A stretch of 64,000 nt of DNA from Verrucomicrobiia bacterium (GTDB taxonomy: Bacteria; Verrucomicrobiota; Verrucomicrobiia; JADLBR01): assembly GCA_026646655.1 (NCBI GenBank), contig JAPKHT010000001.1:73775-137774 (forward strand), written 5' to 3'. Below the pieces are notes generated by a model that had not been told where the DNA came from, ran no database searches, and was given only the letters and a program-made list of their open reading frames with translations. The position numbers and the translations under genes are program-made. Shown piece by piece: positions 26,248 to 36,062 of the stretch (positions within the stretch are counted from its first letter, which is position 1; each line of letters begins with the position of its first letter).

Positions 26248-28062
26248 ATGAGAGTGACCCTGCATCATATCGCGGCGATTTGCCTTGCCGTGAGGCCCCT
26301 CGTTTCTGACGGGGCGGACAAACCCGAACCGGTGATGGACGGCACCTCGGCCGACATGTGGGGCAAGGGTGGCGTTGCGAAGGGCGATGCCCGCGGGGCG
26401 TGGCTGAAGGACTCGCGTTTCGCGATGTTCGTTCACTGGGGCCTGTATTCGGAGCTGGGGGGAAAATGGGACGACAAGACGTACTACGGGATCGCCGAGT
26501 GGATCATGAAGCGCGCGAAGATCCCCGTGGCCGAGTACGAGAAGGTGGCGGGGCGCTTCAACCCGACTGGCTTCGAAGCGCGCGAGTGGGTAAAACTCGC
26601 GAAGGACACCGGCATGCGCCACATCATGATCACCTCGAAACATCACGATGGGTTCGCGATGTTCAAGTCGGCGGTCAGCCCATTCAACATAGTCGACGCG
26701 ACGCCCTTCAGGCGGGATCCGATGAAGGAGCTGGCCGACGCGTGCCGCGAGGCGGGTCTTCGGCTGGGGTTTTACTACTCTCAGACGCAGGACTGGCACG
26801 AGCGCGATGCCGTGGGCAACGACTGGGACTTCAAGCCGGCCGAGGCGAATTTCCAAGGTTACCTGAAGGGCAAGGCCATCCCGCAGATCGAGGAACTGCT
26901 GCGCAACTACGGGCCGATCGCCGGGGTGTGGTTCGACACGCCGGGGCCGATCACGCCCGAGGAATCGAAGACGCTCGTCGATCTGGTGCACCGCCTGCAG
27001 CCGCAATGTCTCGTCAATAGCCGCATCGGCAATGACCTCGGCGATTACGACACGCTCGGGGATCAGGAGATCCCGCGGCTGCCGCGCGCCGGCCTGTGGG
27101 AGACCCCCGACACGCACAATGACACGTGGGCCTATGCCTGGTACGACAAGAATTGGAAGAGCCCGCGCGAGATCGCGGAGCGGCTCGTCCGCGTGGCGAG
27201 CCGGGGCGGCACCTACATGCTCAACGTCGGGCCCGATGGAATCGGGCGCATCCCGGGGCAGTCCGCGCGCATCCTGCGCGAGGTCGGCAGATGGGTGCTC
27301 GCGCACGAGGACGCGATCCATGGCGCCGGGCCGACGCCATTCGGCCCACTCGCCTGGGGCGAGTGCACCACCCGGGGGAACACCCTCTTCCTCCATGTCT
27401 TTCAATGGCCCGCGGACGGGCGCCTCGTCGTCCCCGGCCTGAGGACGAAGGTGAAGTCCGCCCGGCTGGATGGGGCGGGAGAACTGGCGGTCGAGTCGGG
27501 GACGGAAGCGCTGACGCTCGCGCTGCCGGCCAGTCGCCCGGATGTCCTCATCCCTGTGGTGGCCGTCGAGCTGGACGGTCCGGCGGAGGCTGGCCGCGAA
27601 CAGTTCGTGATCAACGGCTGCCGCCAGACCCTGGAGACGGGCGTCGCGAAACTTCAGGGCTGCGAGCTGAAGGCGGTGCGCTGGATGGAGAAGTTCGGCG
27701 ATTGGAAGCACGCGGAATGCGTCGTCGGCTGGCGGGGTGCCGAGAGTTCGACGGAATGGGAGTTCCGCACGGTCGCCCCCGGTTCCTTCTACCTCGACGT
27801 GGAATACACATGCCCGGCCGAGGAGGATTACTCCGAGTGGCGCGTGAGGTGCGGCGACGCCGAACTCACCTTCCCCCTGATCGATACCGGAGAGCGCCCC
27901 AAGCGCGCGGCGTTCGGTGGCGCGCTGCCGCGTTTCCGGACCTATCGCGTGGGCGTGATCGATTTCCCGAAGGCCGGTGCGCAGCGGCTGGCCCTGGGCC
28001 CGACCGGCATGGGGGGAAGGGCAGTCCGGATCGCCGCGGTGACGCTCGCGCCGGTGGAGTGA
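26248..28062 (+). CDS. GH29 alpha-L-fucosidase with C-terminal beta-sandwich and extra ~170-aa domain
   Basis: FAMFVHWGLYSELGG, KHHDGFAMF, WFDTPGP match the GH29 core; a GTG at 26230 is an alternative start. Confidence 0.85.
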   Translation: MRVTLHHIAAICLAVRPLVSDGADKPEPVMDGTSADMWGKGGVAKGDARGAWLKDSRFAMFVHWGLYSELGGKWDDKTYYGIAEWIMKRAKIPVAEYEKVAGRFNPTGFEAREWVKLAKDTGMRHIMITSKHHDGFAMFKSAVSPFNIVDATPFRRDPMKELADACREAGLRLGFYYSQTQDWHERDAVGNDWDFKPAEANFQGYLKGKAIPQIEELLRNYGPIAGVWFDTPGPITPEESKTLVDLVHRLQPQCLVNSRIGNDLGDYDTLGDQEIPRLPRAGLWETPDTHNDTWAYAWYDKNWKSPREIAERLVRVASRGGTYMLNVGPDGIGRIPGQSARILREVGRWVLAHEDAIHGAGPTPFGPLAWGECTTRGNTLFLHVFQWPADGRLVVPGLRTKVKSARLDGAGELAVESGTEALTLALPASRPDVLIPVVAVELDGPAEAGREQFVINGCRQTLETGVAKLQGCELKAVRWMEKFGDWKHAECVVGWRGAESSTEWEFRTVAPGSFYLDVEYTCPAEEDYSEWRVRCGDAELTFPLIDTGERPKRAAFGGALPRFRTYRVGVIDFPKAGAQRLALGPTGMGGRAVRIAAVTLAPVE

Positions 28063-28072
28063 GGGGGGCGAT

Positions 28073-28336
28073 GACTCGAAAATTCCGTCGGCTCGCACAT
28101 AGCGGCCCGGGGACGGTCCGCATTCCACAGGCCTTCGGCCGAAATCAGGCGGTATCCTGGGCCATGGCGGCGCCCGGTTTCGCGCGCGGCGCTATGGAGT
28201 GCGGTGCGTCCACGCACCGCTTTGGGCCGAAGCGGGTGAGGATGTTTCATCCCCCGGCGGTCCGGCGGCTGCCGGATGACGTCTAGCTCGAAAATCGCCG
28301 CATCGCATCCCGTAGCCGAACGCGTGAGCGTTTGGG
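28073..28336 (+). repeat. ~265-nt structured intergenic element, full copy A (5' module + 3' module ending in a GNRA hairpin)
   Basis: Aligns over its whole length with 58415-58681 (GACTCGAAAATT ... AGCGGCCCGGGGACGGTCCG ... GGAGTGCGGTGCGTCC-CGCACCGCTTTG ... CCGGCGGTCCGG ... TCGAAAAT ... AACGCGTGAGCGTTTGG); internal hairpins GCGGTGCGT/ACGCACCGC and CCGAACGC-GTGA-GCGTTTGG; the frame-matched peptides of the two copies diverge and hit a stop, so it is non-coding. Confidence 0.7.
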
Positions 28337-28384
28337 AGATGGAACAAGATGGCAGGAATCGGGGTCGCCGTATATCCTCCCCGC

Positions 28385-29755
28385 ATGAAGCGTGCGCTCT
28401 GTGCCGTTGCCCTGATGTCCGTGGCGCTAGCCCCGCCGCATGCCGCCGATTCCGGGGCGAAGAGACCGAACATCCTGTTCATCGTGGCCGACGACCTCGG
28501 CTGGGGCGACGTGGGATGGCACGGCGGCTTTGGCAAGACCCCGCACATGGATAGGCTCGTGCGGGAGGGCATCGAGCTGGACCAGCATTACGTGCAACCG
28601 GTGTGCACGCCCACGCGGGCGGCGCTCATGAGCGGCCGCTATCCGGGGCGCTTCGGGCCGCAGGCCCTCGCACCGAGCAATCTGAGGGCGATGCCGCTGG
28701 GCACGGTGACGATGGCCTCGGCCCTCAAGTCGATGGGCTACCGCACGCACCAGAGCGGCAAGTGGCATCTGGGCGCCAGGCCGGAGTGGATTCCGAATGC
28801 CTACGGTTTCGACACGAGCTACGGCACGCTCACGGGGGCGGCCGACCCGTGGACCCACAAGTACCGGAAGGGGCACGCCTATGAGGACACGTGGCACCGC
28901 GACGGGAAGCGCCTCGACGAGGAGGGCAACGCCACCGAGCTGATCGCGGCCGAGGCGGTTCGCCGCATCGTGCAGAAGGGTGCGCCGTGGTTCATCTATG
29001 TCGCGTTCCATGCGGTGCACACGCCCGTGGATGCGCCGGATGAATACAAGCGGCCCTACGATGGCGCGACCTTCCACGCCGATCCCGGGAAGCAGGATTC
29101 CCGCCTGCGCATGGCCGCGATGGTCTCGCAGCTCGACGCGAAGATAGGCCAGTTCGTTGAGGCTCTGGAGAAGACCGGCCAGCGAGAGAAGACGCTGATC
29201 GCCTTCACCAGCGACAACGGCGGCATCGAGTCCGTCAAGAACGCCTACGTGGGCGCGGTCCCGGATTCGCCATTCAACAGCGAGAACGATCCCCTGCGCG
29301 GCCAGAAGAACACGCTCTACGAGGGCGGTATCCGGGTGTGCGCCTTCGCCAACTGGCCGGGCACGCTCGCGCCGAGCAAGTCCACGGCCCCGATGCACGT
29401 CGTCGATTGGCTGCCAACCCTCGCCTGCCTCGTGGGCTATGAGCCGGGCGCCGACCTAAAGTGGGACGGCGTCAACCAGTGGCCCGCGCTCGTGGGTCCC
29501 GCCCCGCCCGCCGGTTCCCGGACGATCTACATCGCCAGCAGACGTGGCCACGCCCTGCGCCACGGGGATTGGAAACTGATCCAGCCCTCGCGCGGCGCGC
29601 CAGAACTGTTCGATCTGGCGGCTGATCCGTACGAGAAGGATGACCTCGCGCGATCCCAGCCGCAGAAGATGGCGGAGCTCCAGGGACTGTTGGACGCCCA
29701 GCGGGCCAAGGACGAACCGAACTTGCCACCCGACCTGGACGGGCTGCCCGAATAG
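28385..29755 (+). CDS. S1-family sulfatase
   Basis: Signal peptide MKRALCAVALMSVALAPPHA; NILFIVADDLGWGDVGWHGG; formylglycine motif C-T-P-T-R; GKWHLG; SDNGG. Confidence 0.85.
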   Translation: MKRALCAVALMSVALAPPHAADSGAKRPNILFIVADDLGWGDVGWHGGFGKTPHMDRLVREGIELDQHYVQPVCTPTRAALMSGRYPGRFGPQALAPSNLRAMPLGTVTMASALKSMGYRTHQSGKWHLGARPEWIPNAYGFDTSYGTLTGAADPWTHKYRKGHAYEDTWHRDGKRLDEEGNATELIAAEAVRRIVQKGAPWFIYVAFHAVHTPVDAPDEYKRPYDGATFHADPGKQDSRLRMAAMVSQLDAKIGQFVEALEKTGQREKTLIAFTSDNGGIESVKNAYVGAVPDSPFNSENDPLRGQKNTLYEGGIRVCAFANWPGTLAPSKSTAPMHVVDWLPTLACLVGYEPGADLKWDGVNQWPALVGPAPPAGSRTIYIASRRGHALRHGDWKLIQPSRGAPELFDLAADPYEKDDLARSQPQKMAELQGLLDAQRAKDEPNLPPDLDGLPE

Positions 29756-30589
29756 TTATCCCGCTCCCCAGGCGCGCCGCCGGACCTCCCGCGGGCAGGC
29801 GCCCTGGGCGCGCCGCACCAGGCGAGAGAAATGGAAGGGGTTCCTGAAACCGCAGCGCGCGGCGATCTCGGCGACCGTGAGGCCCGTCTCGCCCAGCAGG
29901 GCGACGCCCCGCTCCACGCGCAGGCGCCAGAGGTGCCGCGCGGGCGTGAGCTTCATCTCGTCGCGAAACTTGTAGATCAGCGCATTGCGTGACACCCCGG
30001 CCGCGCGATGGGCGCCGGCGAGGCAATCCGATTCGCCGAAGTGCTCCTCCATGTGCCGTAGCGCGGCGTGCACCGGCGCCATGTGGCGGGAGACTGCGCC
30101 GCCCGCGCGGGACATGTTCACGTACTCGCGAAACAGGCACAGGGCCACATCGAGGACGACGTGGCGCGCCGATTCGTTCACGGGCAGGGCCAGCTTGAAT
30201 GCCGCCGCGTGGAGGTGGCGGAACGTGTCGGAACAGGCCGCCAGCGGTGGCGCGCCCGACAGCCGCCGCCGGAGGTCGGCGGGAACGCGAGCCGGCGAAA
30301 GCGCGCACCACGTGTGGTGTGTCTCGGCGGCCGGGGAGAACTGGAAGCGCTCGCGCCCGCCGGGCCGCAGCAGCGCCGCCCAGCCGATCCGGAGCTCGCG
30401 CGGCTCGGTGCCCACGGACAGCCGACAGTTCCCCGAGTGCAGGATGACCAGCTGGAAATCGCGCTGTATGCGCGGGCCGCAAAAACCGCCGGGACCGTAG
30501 CGTATCTCGCCCAGCACCACCCCCGGCGCGCGGAGCCTCCGGTTGTCCCACAGGACGTGCGCCCCATCGTAGAACATGTCGCCATCCAA
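29756..30589 (-). CDS. AraC-family transcriptional regulator
   Basis: N-terminal cupin-like sensing region; C-terminal AraC HTH (LTVAEIAARCGFRNPFHFSRLVRRAQGACPREVRRR); divergent from the beta-helix lipoprotein gene at 30781. Confidence 0.8.
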   Translation of the reverse strand: MDGDMFYDGAHVLWDNRRLRAPGVVLGEIRYGPGGFCGPRIQRDFQLVILHSGNCRLSVGTEPRELRIGWAALLRPGGRERFQFSPAAETHHTWCALSPARVPADLRRRLSGAPPLAACSDTFRHLHAAAFKLALPVNESARHVVLDVALCLFREYVNMSRAGGAVSRHMAPVHAALRHMEEHFGESDCLAGAHRAAGVSRNALIYKFRDEMKLTPARHLWRLRVERGVALLGETGLTVAEIAARCGFRNPFHFSRLVRRAQGACPREVRRRAWGAG

Positions 30590-30780
30590 GCGCCCGCGCG
30601 GGCGCGGTCAACTTCGGTTTGTGATGGCGGATATGTTTTTGTGAGACGGGCCATGGCCTCCCGCCCGGGATGCGATCAGTATTGCTTTCGCATGGCCCCC
30701 GACCGCCCTAGAAGTTGACGCATGTGGAAATCGGGCGTCTGGCGCCGGAATAGGGAAGTGCTGGCAGGGAGTATCGCGTC

Positions 30781-32700
30781 ATGAAACGGAAGTGGCCCAA
30801 TCTCATCAGCCTCATCGCGGTCGTTGCGCTCGCGGGTTGCGCGCGCGAAGCGGAAATGCACGTGGCGATTGATGGCGACGACGCCAACCCCGGCACGGCG
30901 AGGGCGCCGCTCCGCACGATCGGCCGCGCCGCGGAACGCGCGCGACCGGGGGACACCATCACGGTGCACGCGGGCGTTTACCGGGAGCGGGTCAATCCGC
31001 CGCGCGGCGGCACCTCCGACCGGGCGCGCATCGTCTACCGGGCGGCGCCGGGCGAAAAGGTCGAGATCCGGGGGTCCGAGGAGATCAAAGATTGGGCCAG
31101 GGTCAAAGGCGATGTCTGGAGCGTGACGATTCCCAACACGTTCTTTGGCAACTTCAATCCCTATGCCGACCTCATCCGCGGGGACTGGTTCAATCCGAAG
31201 GGCCGCGGGCATCACACCGGCGCCGTCTATCTCAACGGCGAGTGGCTGATCGAGGCGGCGACACTGGAGGATGTGCTGGCGGGCAAGCGGGGCGTGGCGA
31301 CATCGGGCCCCTTCGCTGTCCCCGAGGCCCCGCTGTGGTTCGGGCGGGTCGACGCCACGAACACGACGATCTGGGCGCAGTTCCCCGGAGCAGACCCCAA
31401 CCAACAGCTCGTGGAGATCAACGTGCGCCAGACGGTTTTCTATCCGGACAAGCCCGGCCGGAACTACATCACCGTCCGCGGCTTCACGATGCGGCACGCC
31501 GCGACCCCGTGGGCGCCGCCGACGGCCGAGCAGCCTGGCCTGATTGGCACGCACTGGAGCAAGGGATGGGTCATCGAAGACAACGTGGTCAGCCATTCGA
31601 TCTGTTCCGGCATCGCGCTGGGGAAACATGGCGACGAGTTCGACAACACCTCGGCCAATAGCGCCGAGGGCTACGTGAAGACCATCGAGCGCGCGCACGC
31701 GCATCCGATCGCGTGGACCAAAGACAACATCGGGGGCCATATCGTTCGCAACAACACGGTGTCCCATTGCGAGCAGGCCGGGATCGTCGGCAGCCTGGGG
31801 TGCTCCTTTAGCACCGTCACCGGCAACGTGATCCACGACATCCACGTCCGCCGCCTCTTCACCGGAGCGGAGATGGCCGGCATCAAGTTCCACGCCGCCA
31901 TCGACACCGAGATCAGCCGGAACCACATCTATCGCACGACGCGCGGCCTGTGGCTCGATTGGATGGCCCAGGGCACCCGCGTGACGCGGAACCTATTCCA
32001 CGACAACATCAGCGAGGACCTGTTCGTCGAGGTGAACCACGGGCCGTTCCTCGTGGATAACAATATATTCCTGTCCCCGACCACGCTGTTGGACATGTCC
32101 CAGGGAGGCGCCTACGCGCACAACCTGATCGCGGGAAAGATCGTGAGCGCGGAGGAGCCGGGTCGGGAGACGCCGTTTCACCCGGAGCATTCCACCCGCG
32201 TGGCGGGGCTGGCGAACATCAAGGGTGGCGACAACCGATTCTACAATAACATCTTTGTGGGCGACGGGAGCCCGGCGACTCCCCCCGCGCCGCCAAAGCA
32301 GGGCGAGCGCCACCGTCGCGTCGCGGGTTACGGGCTCTTCGTGTACGACGGGCGGGAGTTTCCGCTGATGACCGGGGGCAACGTCTATTATCGTGGCGCC
32401 CGGCCCTACGCCAAGGAGGATGCGCCCACCGCGGTCGGGGAATTCGATCCCCGGGTCCGCCTTGAGGGGCTGTCCCTCCAACTCACCCTAGATCCCGCCA
32501 TTCAGAAGGCCAAGGCGCAGACCGTCACCACCGAGCTGCTGGGCGCGGCGAAGATACCCGGCGCGGCCTACAAGAATCCCGATGGGTCTCCCGTCAGGAT
32601 CGATGGCGATTACTTCGGTAAGAATAGGGACGTCTCGCACCCCACGCCTGGACCCATCGAGCGCCCGGGCCTGGGTGAGGTCCAACTCAAGGTCTGGTGA
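30781..32700 (+). CDS. right-handed parallel beta-helix lipoprotein, putative polysaccharide lyase/hydrolase
   Basis: Lipoprotein signal MKRKWPNLISLIAVVALAGC; PbH1-type repeats (NNTVSHCEQAGIVGSL, GNVIHDIHV, RNHIYRTTRGLWLDW). Confidence 0.75.
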   Translation: MKRKWPNLISLIAVVALAGCAREAEMHVAIDGDDANPGTARAPLRTIGRAAERARPGDTITVHAGVYRERVNPPRGGTSDRARIVYRAAPGEKVEIRGSEEIKDWARVKGDVWSVTIPNTFFGNFNPYADLIRGDWFNPKGRGHHTGAVYLNGEWLIEAATLEDVLAGKRGVATSGPFAVPEAPLWFGRVDATNTTIWAQFPGADPNQQLVEINVRQTVFYPDKPGRNYITVRGFTMRHAATPWAPPTAEQPGLIGTHWSKGWVIEDNVVSHSICSGIALGKHGDEFDNTSANSAEGYVKTIERAHAHPIAWTKDNIGGHIVRNNTVSHCEQAGIVGSLGCSFSTVTGNVIHDIHVRRLFTGAEMAGIKFHAAIDTEISRNHIYRTTRGLWLDWMAQGTRVTRNLFHDNISEDLFVEVNHGPFLVDNNIFLSPTTLLDMSQGGAYAHNLIAGKIVSAEEPGRETPFHPEHSTRVAGLANIKGGDNRFYNNIFVGDGSPATPPAPPKQGERHRRVAGYGLFVYDGREFPLMTGGNVYYRGARPYAKEDAPTAVGEFDPRVRLEGLSLQLTLDPAIQKAKAQTVTTELLGAAKIPGAAYKNPDGSPVRIDGDYFGKNRDVSHPTPGPIERPGLGEVQLKVW

Positions 32701-32744
32701 GGCCGATAGCCGGCCGGAGGGGACTCCCGGAGACGGTGGCATGG

Positions 32745-32780
32745 GCCAAGCGCTCGCGCGTTCGGCTACGCGTTGCTGGC
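32745..32780 (-). repeat. degenerate inverted-orientation copy of the 3' hairpin module (CGTAGCCGAACGCGCGAGCGCTTGG)
   Basis: Plus strand reads ccaagcgctcgcgcgttcggctacgcgttgc, whose reverse complement is gcaacgcgtagccgaacgcgcgagcgcttgg. Confidence 0.3.
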
Positions 32781-32857
32781 AGGCGCTTCACCCTACGGCG
32801 CGGAGAGGCTTGGCGTTCTGGTGTCTCGGCCGTAACATGGTTCACGAGGATTCTGCC

Positions 32858-34291
32858 ATGAAGCGATTTTCTATGAGGGGCATTCGCGGGGTCGGGGCGG
32901 TGGTCGCCTTGCTGTGGGCCGGGGTGTCTGCGGTGCAGGGCGCGGATCGGCCCAATGTGCTCTATATATTCACCGACCAGCAGCACGCCGGGATGATGAG
33001 TTGCGCGGGCAACCCGTGGCTGCGGACGCCCGCGATGGACAGCCTGGCCCGCGCCGGGGCGCGCTTTGACCGGGCGTACAGCGTGAATCCGGTGTGCGTG
33101 CCCGCGCGCACGGCCATGCTCACGGGGCACACGCCCAGCCGTTTTGGAATGCAATCCAACGCCGAGATCCGGACCACGGAGATCCCCGAGGCAGTCCGGC
33201 GCCAGACGATGGGATGGCTCTTTCGCGACGCGGGCTACGAGACCGCCTACGGCGGAAAGACGCACGTGCCGGGCAAGATCGAGGACTACGGCTTTGACGT
33301 CATCACGGCGGACCAGCGCGAGGAATTGGCCGCGGCATGCGCGACCTTTCTCACGAGGCCCCACGACCGGCCATTTCTCCTGGTGGCATCGTTCATCAAT
33401 CCGCACGACATCTGCTACATGGCGATCAACGATTTCGAGCGCGCCCGGTCGGGCAAGGGGCGGGGGAAACAGGCGAAAGGCGACGCCCAGGAGTGCCTCG
33501 CCAAGGCGCTCGCGCGTCCCGAGGGTGTCTCGGAGGAAGATTTCTGGTCCAAGCACTGTCCGCCGGCGCCGGCCAATCTGGAACCGCAGGAGGGCGCCCC
33601 CGATGCGATTGGTGCGGCCGCCTTCGCCGGCTTCAGGGGCCACGCGTTTCAGAACTGGTCTGCCGAGCAATGGCGCCTCCATCGCTGGGCCTACTGCAGG
33701 CTCACGGAGCGCGTGGACCGGGAGATCGGGAGCGTGCTGGCGGCGCTGCGAGACGCCGGGCTCGAGGAGAAGACGCTCGTCGTTCTCTCGAGCGACCACG
33801 GGGACATGGATGGCTCCCACCGACTCGAGCACAAGTCCGTATTCTACGAGGAGGCCGCGCGCGTCCCCTTCATCGTCAGCCTCAAGGGCGTAACGAAGGC
33901 CGGCGCGGTGGACCGCGAGCACGTGGTCTCCGCGGGACTCGATCTGATCCCGACGCTCTGTGACTACGCCGGCATCCCCGCCCCGGCCGGACTCAAGGGC
34001 CGCAGCCTGCGGGCCCTTGCCGAGGGGCGTTCCGCGGACTGGGGCCGGGGATACATTGCCTCCGAGACGCACTATGGACGGATGGTGTGCTCCGGGCGGT
34101 ACAAGTATTGCATCTATGCCTCGGGTGATCGGCGCGAGCAGCTCGTGGATCTAGAGAAGGATCCGGGCGAGATGCGCAACGTGGCCGGCGCCCCGGAGTA
34201 CGCGGAGGTCTTGGCAGGACACCGGCGCCTCATGGGCGAGTGGGTGGCGGCGAACGGCGACACCATCGCCGCCGCCTACATCATCCGGTGA
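32858..34291 (+). CDS. S1-family sulfatase
   Basis: Signal peptide MKRFSMRGIRGVGAVVALLWAGVSAVQGA; NVLYIFTDQQ; formylglycine motif C-V-P-A-R; SSDHGD. Confidence 0.85.
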   Translation: MKRFSMRGIRGVGAVVALLWAGVSAVQGADRPNVLYIFTDQQHAGMMSCAGNPWLRTPAMDSLARAGARFDRAYSVNPVCVPARTAMLTGHTPSRFGMQSNAEIRTTEIPEAVRRQTMGWLFRDAGYETAYGGKTHVPGKIEDYGFDVITADQREELAAACATFLTRPHDRPFLLVASFINPHDICYMAINDFERARSGKGRGKQAKGDAQECLAKALARPEGVSEEDFWSKHCPPAPANLEPQEGAPDAIGAAAFAGFRGHAFQNWSAEQWRLHRWAYCRLTERVDREIGSVLAALRDAGLEEKTLVVLSSDHGDMDGSHRLEHKSVFYEEAARVPFIVSLKGVTKAGAVDREHVVSAGLDLIPTLCDYAGIPAPAGLKGRSLRALAEGRSADWGRGYIASETHYGRMVCSGRYKYCIYASGDRREQLVDLEKDPGEMRNVAGAPEYAEVLAGHRRLMGEWVAANGDTIAAAYIIR

Positions 34292-34319
34292 CCGTCGCCC
34301 ATTGACCCCCTGACCGCCC

Positions 34320-36050
34320 TTGGAGGACACCATGAGCATCCCGCGAAGAATCCCCGGTGCCCGGGCCGCACCGCGGCATGGGGTGGCACCTCTCGCGCTA
34401 TGCGCGCTGCTTGGGTGCTCGGGCGCGGCGCAGGCCCTCCATGTCTCGGAGTTCGGCGCGGCTCCCGACGATGGCAAGGACGACATGGCCGCCATCAGCC
34501 AGGCGATCCAGGCCGCGATTCAGCGGGGGGAACGCGAGGTGCTCTTCGATCCGGGGACCTACAACATGGCGACGGCGTGCGCCATCCCGGGAAAGAGCGC
34601 CGGCCACTACATCGGAATCTTTGGCGCGACCAACCTCGCCCTGATCGGCAGAGTGAATGGCGCCGGCGAGCCGGCCACCCGGCTCGAGCGAAACCACCCC
34701 CTCCACAACGACGCCCGACCATTTCACCACCTCGTTATCGAGCGATCGAGTCACATCACGATCAAGAATCTTGTGCTGGCCAACGATCCGCCGTTCGGTT
34801 CGACGGGCCGGGTCATATCCGTTGACAGGAATAGCGACGTGGTGGTGGTCGAGGTCCTGGAGGGGCTGCCCGCCTATGACGGGATGCGGTGCGCCTCGGC
34901 GCACGCCTGGGATCTTGCGACAGGAAAGCTGAAGCGCTTCGGCCCGACGCCGACCGAGGCAACGTTGACCATCGGCCTGAATATCACCCAGTTCTGGGAG
35001 GCGGTGCCCGGGACGGGGGCGCGGCGGTTGCGCATGGCGGGAAAGGGATTCGCCGCGAAAGTCGCCGCCGGCGACGGCATCTCGTGGCACCACGCGGCCC
35101 ACGAGTGCGACAACCAGACCGCGGTCATGTACTCACGGGATGTCACGTTCGAGAATGTCCGATTCCCCAACGTGACGAACATGGGGATGCTTGCGGGCTA
35201 TAACCGCAACCTGATCTTCCGCAGGGTCGCCTTTAGGCCCGAGAAGGGCAACCTCGCTGTCGGGGGCCGCGACGGCATGCACCTCAGCATGAATTCCGGC
35301 AGATTGCTGGTGGAAGACTGCTACTTCAAGGGGCTTCGGATGGACCCGTTGGTCATCCGCAAGACCTTTGGCCTGGTCAAAGATATCCGCGCGGACGGGG
35401 GCATCATCGCAAAGCCCGCCTACGAAATCCCGGCCGGTGACAAGATCCGGTTTTGGGTGGGGGAGGAGCCGCAGGACAGGACCGTGGCCAGCTGCAAGAG
35501 CCAGGGCGGGGGCGCCTACCTCTACACCTTCGAGCAGTCCAGTCCGCCCGGCGCCATCGTCGGCACGCCCCTTTGCTACCAGACCCACGCCCTCGAGGAG
35601 GGGATCATTCGCCGCTGTGTTTTCGAGGACAGCTTCGGCAGCCCCATCGTCAACTTCGAGGAGAACATAACCGTCGAGGGGTGCGTGTTCTCAAACAACT
35701 CGTACCAGATCAAGTATGGCCCGAACCAGACGACCGGCGCCTTCGTCCGGAACAATGTTTTCCGCAACAATGTCTGCGAGGATGTCCCGTGGGTCGATAT
35801 CGCGCACCGGGGCCAGCCATCCGCGATCGTGATCCACTCGCTGAACCGATATTTCAAGGCCCCGATGTTCAATGCCGGCATCCTGATCCGCGGCAATGTC
35901 TTCAAGAATCCGGGCGGCGATCCCGGGTGCGTGGCCATCGATGTGCGCAACGCCCGGGACGTCGAGATCCGCGACAACCAGTTCATCGGCTTCGAGAGGC
36001 GAGTCTGGATCGACGCGGCCACGACGCGCGACGTCCGGCTTGGGGAGTGA
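34320..36050 (+). CDS. pectate-lyase-fold (right-handed beta-helix) protein, GH28/pectate_lyase_3-like
   Basis: VSEFGAAPDDGKDDMAAISQAIQAA matches the pectate-lyase-superfamily N-terminal motif (DFGA.GDG..DDT.A.Q.A); repeated beta-helix rungs. Confidence 0.72.
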   Translation: MEDTMSIPRRIPGARAAPRHGVAPLALCALLGCSGAAQALHVSEFGAAPDDGKDDMAAISQAIQAAIQRGEREVLFDPGTYNMATACAIPGKSAGHYIGIFGATNLALIGRVNGAGEPATRLERNHPLHNDARPFHHLVIERSSHITIKNLVLANDPPFGSTGRVISVDRNSDVVVVEVLEGLPAYDGMRCASAHAWDLATGKLKRFGPTPTEATLTIGLNITQFWEAVPGTGARRLRMAGKGFAAKVAAGDGISWHHAAHECDNQTAVMYSRDVTFENVRFPNVTNMGMLAGYNRNLIFRRVAFRPEKGNLAVGGRDGMHLSMNSGRLLVEDCYFKGLRMDPLVIRKTFGLVKDIRADGGIIAKPAYEIPAGDKIRFWVGEEPQDRTVASCKSQGGGAYLYTFEQSSPPGAIVGTPLCYQTHALEEGIIRRCVFEDSFGSPIVNFEENITVEGCVFSNNSYQIKYGPNQTTGAFVRNNVFRNNVCEDVPWVDIAHRGQPSAIVIHSLNRYFKAPMFNAGILIRGNVFKNPGGDPGCVAIDVRNARDVEIRDNQFIGFERRVWIDAATTRDVRLGE

Positions 36051-36062
36051 TTGCCCGCGACG

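Noticed and set aside
27126-28286. Peptide-coding interpretation of the repeat element (ORF tail …MTRKFRRLAHSGPGTVRIPQAFGRNQAVSW… and 58299..58502 …LTRKFRLPAKSGPGTVRTPQAFGRNAATS*)
   Set aside because: The two copies share peptide similarity only until copy B hits a stop. Conservation continues at nucleotide level beyond it, and stems show compensatory changes, so the element is non-coding.
28288-28320. ECF-sigma (sigmaW-like TGAAAC-N16-CGTA) promoter reading of TCGAAAAT…CGTAG
   Set aside because: Spacing varies by 15-16 nt between copies, and the downstream part shows RNA-type covariation. I cannot support a specific sigma assignment without TSS data, so I kept it only as a possibility inside the findings.
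28073-28336. Integron attC / gene-cassette hypothesis for the stop-codon-anchored repeats
   Set aside because: No integrase. The motifs lack the R''/L''…L'/R' attC organisation (GTTRRRY cores). Flanking genes are large multi-domain enzymes. Ends are direct rather than inverted repeats.
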